From: an uncultured Acidobacteriota bacterium
Lineage (GTDB): Bacteria > Acidobacteriota > JAQAZP01
Length of the DNA stretch: 64,000 nt
Direction of reading: 5' to 3'
NCBI GenBank assembly: GCA_963836075.1
Contig: CAWIIB010000009.1
Location: forward strand, 2,208,311-2,272,310
Positions within the stretch are counted from its first letter, which is position 1. The number at the start of each line of letters is the position of its first letter. Positions 58,715-64,000 of this stretch are shown here, in pieces. The notes below the pieces were generated by a model. The model ran no database searches. It was given only the letters and a program-made list of their open reading frames with translations, and was not told where the DNA came from. The position numbers and the translations under genes are program-made.

Positions 58715-59146
58715 TCAGACGTCGAAGAGCAGGGTGGCCTCCAGCAGGCCGCCGTTCTCCCGGATGCCTGACTGGTGGTAGGTCACCGCCTTGATCTCGC
58801 AACCTGGGCGGCCTGTCCGCCGCATGATGCACTCGGCCCGCAGGCGTGTCTGGCCCAGCTGCTGAAAAGTGATCGCGTGGGGGATCAGATGTCGGGTATC
58901 GGCATGGAAGTGCAGTTCCCCCAGCCAGCGCACCAGCAGGTCGTCCGGGTCCAGGCCGTCGAGATCGATGTCGATCCGGGCGGCAAGGGACTGCGCGCCA
59001 CCCGTGGTTCCCTCGTCGGGGAACAGGGTGTCGAACAGCGCCCGGGCGGCCTGCCGGAAGAGACTTTCCCGGTCGGGGGCCCAGAGGCGGATACGCAGGT
59101 CCGCCGGGTGGTCCACCATCTCATATCCGGCCTCCGGGATTTCCAT
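58715..59146 (-). CDS. Archease (RtcB activator)
   Basis: 143 aa; MEIPEAGYEMVDHPADLRIRLWAPDRESLFRQAARALF...KAVTYH...; immediately upstream of rtcB in same orientation. Confidence 0.8.
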   Translation of the reverse strand: MEIPEAGYEMVDHPADLRIRLWAPDRESLFRQAARALFDTLFPDEGTTGGAQSLAARIDIDLDGLDPDDLLVRWLGELHFHADTRHLIPHAITFQQLGQTRLRAECIMRRTGRPGCEIKAVTYHQSGIRENGGLLEATLLFDV

Positions 59147-59223
59147 AACAGCACGGTTCCTTCATTGCCAAACGGTTCGCAAGCTGGTCATTTGAATAGT
59201 ATTATTGTACAGGAATCCGCCTG

Positions 59224-62200
59224 GTGACAAGTGAGGACAAGCCCCTGGCCCATAAGAAACCAAGTACAGAAGCGAAGAAATCGAGGAAGATTCTGTCAGC
59301 GTTCCGCTTCTCCCGAATCGGGCTGGCGGCCAGGATCGCCGGGGCGGTGATCATTCTTTTCTCCATTCTGTTGCTCTACCTCGTGTTCGGGTCGCCCAGC
59401 AGCCGCATCACCTCCAGTCTGCTCACCGGCCTGGTGGAGAAGTATTTCGCCCCGGGGTCGGGGTTTCAGGCGCTGAACCTCGACTTCTATTCGGGCGAAC
59501 TGCTTATCTCGGGCATCCAGCTCGAGATTCCACCCGATCCCGAGGCCCTGCCCACCGCCGAGGGCCCGGCCCCCGGCTGCTCGCTCACCCTGGAGTCCCT
59601 GCGCTTCGCCTTCGGCCCCTCCTTCCACAGGCCTTTCACCTTCGGGGCGCACCAGTTGGATCTCGACGGTCTCGACGTGGATATGGAGCACCATTCGCTG
59701 ATGGCCTTTGTCAACCGCTTCCGCAAGCGGGATAAGAAACCGCCGCGGGACTTCTCGATCAGCCTTCCCGGGGCCAGTATCCGGCGGGCGGTCTTCCGCT
59801 TCGGGCGGCACGAGATTCCCCTGGACATCGAGGTTCGGAACATCAAAGTGTCGCTGGCCCCCACGGACAGCCGCGAGGTCGTCGAGGGCGTGGTGCAGTG
59901 CGGGCCGGGCATGGTGGACGCCAACGGCTACCGCTTTCCGGTGGACTCGCTGGTGGCCGCGGCGGGCCTCGACCTCAGCGGTGTCCGGGTGCGTCACCTG
60001 GAGCTCTCCTCGCCGGTGGCCCAGCTGACCGGCGACGGGGTCATCGGCTTCCGGCGCTACGGAGAGGTTCCCCGGCGGCTGGCCATCCAGGGCGTCTGCC
60101 GGCTGGAACGGGTGGCCCGCTACACCCGGCTGCCCTTTGGTCTGACCGGCAGCGCGGCGCTGGATCTGGAGCTCATCGGCAAGTGGGGCGAGCCGGACGA
60201 GACCGGGCTCTGGACCCTCAGCGGCACCGTCTCCGGTAACCGGGCATGGATCGATGACCTGCCGCTGGATGACTACACCATCCTCGCCGAGGTGGGCAGC
60301 GCCGGGTTGACCGTGCACCGTTTCGACACCGGGCTGTTCGACGGTCGTTGCCGCGGGGCGGGCAGCCTCTTCCCGCTCAACACCCGGGGAGTGCTGGAGG
60401 CCACGCTGGAACTGGACAAGGTCAGCCTGCCGCAGGTCCAGCCCTGGATCCAGCTGGGAGAGGAGTGGCCTCAGGGGCTGGTCAGCGGCCAGGTCGCCGG
60501 GACGATGCCGGTGAAAAACTGGACCGACCTGGTGGCCGCGGGTGATCTGGTGGTGGACTCCGGCCAGAGAAAGGGCACTTTGCAGGCCATGGGCCCCCCC
60601 TCGTTGCGGGGCCGGGTGGCCTTCCACGCCTTCCAGGGGACGCTGCAGTTCCAGGAGAGCTCGCTGGTGGTGGGGCAGACCGCCGTCCAGTTCTCCGGGC
60701 CTCTCAGTCTGGAGGGCGGTGGATCCCGGGTCAACATCCGGTTGGTTGCCGATGACCTGCGCCGCAGCAAGAACACCCTGGAGCGGATCTTCGGGCCGCG
60801 GTATCCCACGCTCCGTGACGGGGAGGGGCGGACGCCGCTGTCCATGGCCGGGGTGCTGGAGTTCGACGCCACCCTGGTTCGCGAGGAGGGCGGGCCGTTC
60901 CGTTTCGAGGGCTGGATGCGGGGCGACAGTCTCCAGCTGGCCGGGTTCCGGCTGGGGCAGACCGACGGCCGTTTCCACCTGGACCCGGAGCGCTTCGAGC
61001 TGCGCGACCTGGTGTTGGGTGGTGACGGGGTCAACGGCACGGTGGACTATTTCGGCTGGCGGCTGGGGCGGCGTGGTGCCGGCGACGAGGAGCCGGGTGC
61101 GGAAACGGAGAAAGAGCGGGATCTCGTTCTGCAAGTGGATGACCGGATGGCCGGGCCGGCCGTTTACGGCATTCTCGGCCCCCTCGACCCGCTGATCGGG
61201 ATACGCTGCGACCTGACCGGTATTCCCCTGGCCACGGTCAGCAACCTGCTGCCCATGCCGCCGGTCAGCGGCGATCCGGCTGATGTCCAGCTGGCTCTCG
61301 ACCGGTCCGACCCCTTCTCCCCACTGGCCGGCTGGGGGCTGGTGGAGAGCGGCAGCTGGGACCTCGATCAGTGGCGCTTCGGCACCACCAGGGCCGGGGT
61401 GGAGGTGGACGGCGACGGGGTCCGCTGGCACGGTGAGATCGGGGGGAACGGGCGGATGAGCATCTCCGGGTGGATCGAGCCGGGGTTCCATGACGTCCAC
61501 TTTCGCTGCAACGGATCGGCAGTGGAGTTTGCCGGTGCCTGCACCGTACTGGTGGACGAGGAGACCGGCGAGCCGTATTTCCGGGCGCCTCTGGACTTCA
61601 CCGGGCACGGTTCCTATGACGGGGGCCGGTTCTCCCTGCGGGGCGGCTTCTATTTCCCCTGGCTGGCCTCGGGGGCCAACCTGCTGGGCCCGGGCAAGGC
61701 GAGTCTGGCCATGAACGGGGATATCTGGCGGCTGGAGCTGGAGCCGGAAACCGGAAGCGGCCGCATACGTGGGATGCTTTTTGCCGATGGTCACAACTGG
61801 CCGCTCTGGCTGGCCGGCGAACTCTCCTCGCTCCGCGTGCGGCAGTGCGAAGAGGACGCCACCGTTCCCCAGTTCATCCCCGGCCAGTGGGCCGAGCTCA
61901 CCGGCCGGGTCTGGCTCCGCGGGCCGGGAGCCGTGGCCCGGCGGATGGTGCTCGGCGGCCTGGTGGAGCACTGCCTGGTCAGCACGTCGGAGTACTACCG
62001 TCTGGAGAGCCGCGGCGCCTTCCCCATCCTGATGGACCAGGGCGTGCGCAGCCTGAAGGTGCCCCGGGCCAGCTTCCAGGGGCCGGGGGGGTCGCGGATC
62101 AGCGCCGGCGGCCGGTTGGCCTTCGAGGGTGTGCCCACGCCTTCCGACATGTTGCTCCTCGGCTCCTTCGACCTCGACGGCCTCGGTATCTCCCGCGAGA

Positions 62201-64000
62201 CCTACCAGCTCAGCGGCTCGGGGATGGCCGAGCTGCAACTGGGCGGTTACTACCCCCACCTGACCCAGACCGGCCGGGTGGACCTCACCGGCGGCAAGCT
62301 GACCCTGCCCCAGATCCACTTCGCCTGCACCGGCATCGAAGCGGCCATCGCCCTCGAACCGGACCGTCTCGAACTGCTGAGCATGAGCGGCCGGATTGGT
62401 GGCGGGCCGGTGAGCGGCAGCGGCACCCTCCACTTCGGCCGGGACTACTCGGCGGAATCGTTCCGCTTCGAGGCCGTCGGTCGGGACATGGTGCTGGCCT
62501 ACCCGGAGAAGGTGAGCACCCTCTTCGACGCCGACCTGGTGTTGGAAGGGGACCGGCAGGGGCACACCCTCTCCGGCCGGGGCCTGATCCGCCGCACTGT
62601 TTACAGCGGGTCGGTGTTCATCGAGGAGGAGGAACCGTTGCTGGTCGACGACCCGGTCTCCTCGGGGGAGGAAGAGATCGACTGGCTGGGACGGCTGGCC
62701 CTCGATCTGACACTGGAGGCGCCGGACAACCTCTTTATCCGCAGCGAGGAGGGCACGGTGCAGTTCGCCGGCAGCCTCGAGGTTGGACAGACCTTTGCCG
62801 AACCCCGGATTACCGGTACGGTGACCTCGGTTCCTGGCGGCCGGTTCCTGTTCCGCGACATCGAGTACGACGTGGAGGAGGCGCGGGTCGATTTCATCGA
62901 TCCCACCGGGGTGCAGCCGGTGCTCTACCTCAAGGCTTCCACAACCGTGGACACCTACCTGATCACCCTGGTGGCCGACGGTCCCTTCGAGGACCTCTCC
63001 TTCGAGGTCACCTCGGTACCTCGGCTCAATGACCGGGACATCATTTCGCTGCTGGCCTTCGGCCGTCTCAGCTCCGAGATGCCCGGGATCGAGGGGGCGG
63101 CGCTGGCCGGCCAGGAGGTGACCTCCTACTTCACCGGCGGGTTCACCGGTGAACTGCAATCGGTGTTCAAGGAGGCCTTCGGGCTCACCCGCTTCGAGAT
63201 CCAGCCGATGTTCCTCGAGGGGACCACCGACCCCACCGCCCGCATCACCGTGGGCAAGGACCTCTCCGAAGACCTTTTCTTCACCTACTCCACCAGCCTG
63301 ACGAACGTCGAGGAAACGCTGGTGCTGCTGCGCTACCGCTTTGACGAGCGGATGGCCCTGCTCGGCTCCCGGGAGCAGGACGGGTCGTACGGCGCCGACT
63401 TTCAGTACCGCACCACCATGAGTTTTGCCCAGGGCAAGGATAAGAGGTTGTGGGACAGCCTCCTGGGCCGGCGCAGCCGCACGTCCCCTGACCAGGGAAC
63501 CGCCGCCGACGGCTCTCCCCGGCCGCGGGTGGGCCGGATCAGCTTTGCCGAACCGGAGCAGCTTCCGGTGAAACAGGAGAAACTGGCCGGCAAGCTCAAG
63601 GTGCGATCCGGGGACCTGGTGGAAGCCAAGCGGCTGGTGGACGACCAGGAAAGGCTCACCAAATTCCTGCTCAAGCAGGGGCACCTCCGCTGCCGGGTGA
63701 AGCTGGACCGGCTGCCGCGGGAGACCGCCAGGGCCGATGAGCCGTTAACCGATCTGGTCTGGACCGTGAACGCCGGGCCGCGCTACGGGGTGAAGTACCG
63801 CGGGGGCCGTGTCCCCCTGGGGATGAAAGGAAAGATCCGCAAACTCTGGTCCGGGGAGGCGTTTTTCGATGACAACATCCGCCGGGCCCGGGAGATGCTG
63901 GCCCAGCACTTCCGGCACAAGGGCTTCCCCGACGCCGAGGTGACGGCGGTGCAGGAGCCGGCGGAGGACCGGACGGACCTGGTCTTCGTGGTGCGGGAGG
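59224..64000 (+). CDS. Giant TamB/AsmA-like translocation-and-assembly-module protein continuing, without stop, into POTRA-like (Omp85/TamA-type) domains; 3' end beyond window (>1590 aa). Missing from supplied ORF track
   Basis: Uninterrupted frame (codon phase of 59224) checked at 60001, 61021, 62041, 63001, 63901; N-terminal signal anchor ILSAFRFSRIGLAARIAGAVIILFSILLLYLVFG; DUF490-like C-terminal block ...RITVGKDLSEDLFFTYSTSLTNVEETLVLLRYRFDERMALLGSREQDGSYGADFQYRTTMSF; then linker and POTRA-like units (RVGRISFAEPEQLPV...LVDDQERLTKFLLKQGHLRCRVKLDRLP...DLVWTVNAGPRYGVKYRGG...). Confidence 0.75.
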   Translation, partial: MTSEDKPLAHKKPSTEAKKSRKILSAFRFSRIGLAARIAGAVIILFSILLLYLVFGSPSSRITSSLLTGLVEKYFAPGSGFQALNLDFYSGELLISGIQLEIPPDPEALPTAEGPAPGCSLTLESLRFAFGPSFHRPFTFGAHQLDLDGLDVDMEHHSLMAFVNRFRKRDKKPPRDFSISLPGASIRRAVFRFGRHEIPLDIEVRNIKVSLAPTDSREVVEGVVQCGPGMVDANGYRFPVDSLVAAAGLDLSGVRVRHLELSSPVAQLTGDGVIGFRRYGEVPRRLAIQGVCRLERVARYTRLPFGLTGSAALDLELIGKWGEPDETGLWTLSGTVSGNRAWIDDLPLDDYTILAEVGSAGLTVHRFDTGLFDGRCRGAGSLFPLNTRGVLEATLELDKVSLPQVQPWIQLGEEWPQGLVSGQVAGTMPVKNWTDLVAAGDLVVDSGQRKGTLQAMGPPSLRGRVAFHAFQGTLQFQESSLVVGQTAVQFSGPLSLEGGGSRVNIRLVADDLRRSKNTLERIFGPRYPTLRDGEGRTPLSMAGVLEFDATLVREEGGPFRFEGWMRGDSLQLAGFRLGQTDGRFHLDPERFELRDLVLGGDGVNGTVDYFGWRLGRRGAGDEEPGAETEKERDLVLQVDDRMAGPAVYGILGPLDPLIGIRCDLTGIPLATVSNLLPMPPVSGDPADVQLALDRSDPFSPLAGWGLVESGSWDLDQWRFGTTRAGVEVDGDGVRWHGEIGGNGRMSISGWIEPGFHDVHFRCNGSAVEFAGACTVLVDEETGEPYFRAPLDFTGHGSYDGGRFSLRGGFYFPWLASGANLLGPGKASLAMNGDIWRLELEPETGSGRIRGMLFADGHNWPLWLAGELSSLRVRQCEEDATVPQFIPGQWAELTGRVWLRGPGAVARRMVLGGLVEHCLVSTSEYYRLESRGAFPILMDQGVRSLKVPRASFQGPGGSRISAGGRLAFEGVPTPSDMLLLGSFDLDGLGISRETYQLSGSGMAELQLGGYYPHLTQTGRVDLTGGKLTLPQIHFACTGIEAAIALEPDRLELLSMSGRIGGGPVSGSGTLHFGRDYSAESFRFEAVGRDMVLAYPEKVSTLFDADLVLEGDRQGHTLSGRGLIRRTVYSGSVFIEEEEPLLVDDPVSSGEEEIDWLGRLALDLTLEAPDNLFIRSEEGTVQFAGSLEVGQTFAEPRITGTVTSVPGGRFLFRDIEYDVEEARVDFIDPTGVQPVLYLKASTTVDTYLITLVADGPFEDLSFEVTSVPRLNDRDIISLLAFGRLSSEMPGIEGAALAGQEVTSYFTGGFTGELQSVFKEAFGLTRFEIQPMFLEGTTDPTARITVGKDLSEDLFFTYSTSLTNVEETLVLLRYRFDERMALLGSREQDGSYGADFQYRTTMSFAQGKDKRLWDSLLGRRSRTSPDQGTAADGSPRPRVGRISFAEPEQLPVKQEKLAGKLKVRSGDLVEAKRLVDDQERLTKFLLKQGHLRCRVKLDRLPRETARADEPLTDLVWTVNAGPRYGVKYRGGRVPLGMKGKIRKLWSGEAFFDDNIRRAREMLAQHFRHKGFPDAEVTAVQEPAEDRTDLVFVVRE

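Noticed and set aside
59296-63684. 1462-aa minus-strand ORF
   Set aside because: Arg/Gly/Pro/Ala-dominated low-complexity translation typical of an antisense frame in high-GC DNA; the plus strand carries a coherent TamB-like gene in continuous frame.
1-64000. CRISPR arrays
   Set aside because: No regularly spaced short direct repeats seen; the repeated elements found are coding (FG-GAP, CTD, pseudopilin duplications).

Overview
This is a high-GC bacterial chromosomal window, probably from a metagenome-assembled deltaproteobacterium-like or similar Gram-negative genome. It combines a core block with a mobile/accessory block.

Core genes:
- A TolC-family outer-membrane protein (frameshifted) and an orphan ABC ATPase.
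- An exbB-exbD-exbD-tonB cluster with a DUF4388 gene.
- A minus-strand UbiA-like prenyltransferase / glycosyltransferase operon.
- A complete 14-gene NADH:quinone oxidoreductase operon, nuoA to nuoN (11163-24766).

Accessory region, starting directly after nuoN:
- An IS91-family (HUH Y2) transposase.
- A roughly 1060-aa FG-GAP repeat protein.
- An IS481/rve-type DDE transposase, with a short remnant of the same transposase gene at 37.2 kb.
- A flotillin-like SPFH protein.
- A selenocysteine-containing peroxiredoxin: an in-frame TGA at the peroxidatic Cys position with a SECIS-like hairpin 11 nt downstream.
- A dodecin.
- Five genes or gene fragments for secreted proteins with different enzymatic N-terminal parts that all end in the same roughly 115-aa C-terminal domain ending in CTVTG-x-xP. 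The N-terminal parts are an M6 metalloprotease, a BNR-like propeller, an SBBP propeller, an FGE-sulfatase domain and an orphan fragment.
- NHL-repeat protein, MurJ, signal peptidase I, two tandemly duplicated pseudopilin/prepilin-type genes, rhomboid protease, DegP/HtrA, two tandem STAS-like small paralogs, a second 1040-aa FG-GAP protein, and RtcB-archease.
- A giant plus-strand TamB-like gene, at least 1590 aa and running off the window end. It is absent from the supplied ORF track. It continues without a stop into POTRA-like domains, so it looks like a TamB-Omp85 fusion.

At least five or six +/-1 frameshifts interrupt otherwise well-conserved genes (TolC, nuoG, nuoL, FG-GAP, FGE, and possibly the second FG-GAP N-terminus). 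All sit in short homopolymer or dinucleotide contexts. This most likely reflects assembly indel errors rather than biology, and should be checked against reads.

Many long minus- or plus-strand ORFs antisense to real genes are GC-driven artefacts.
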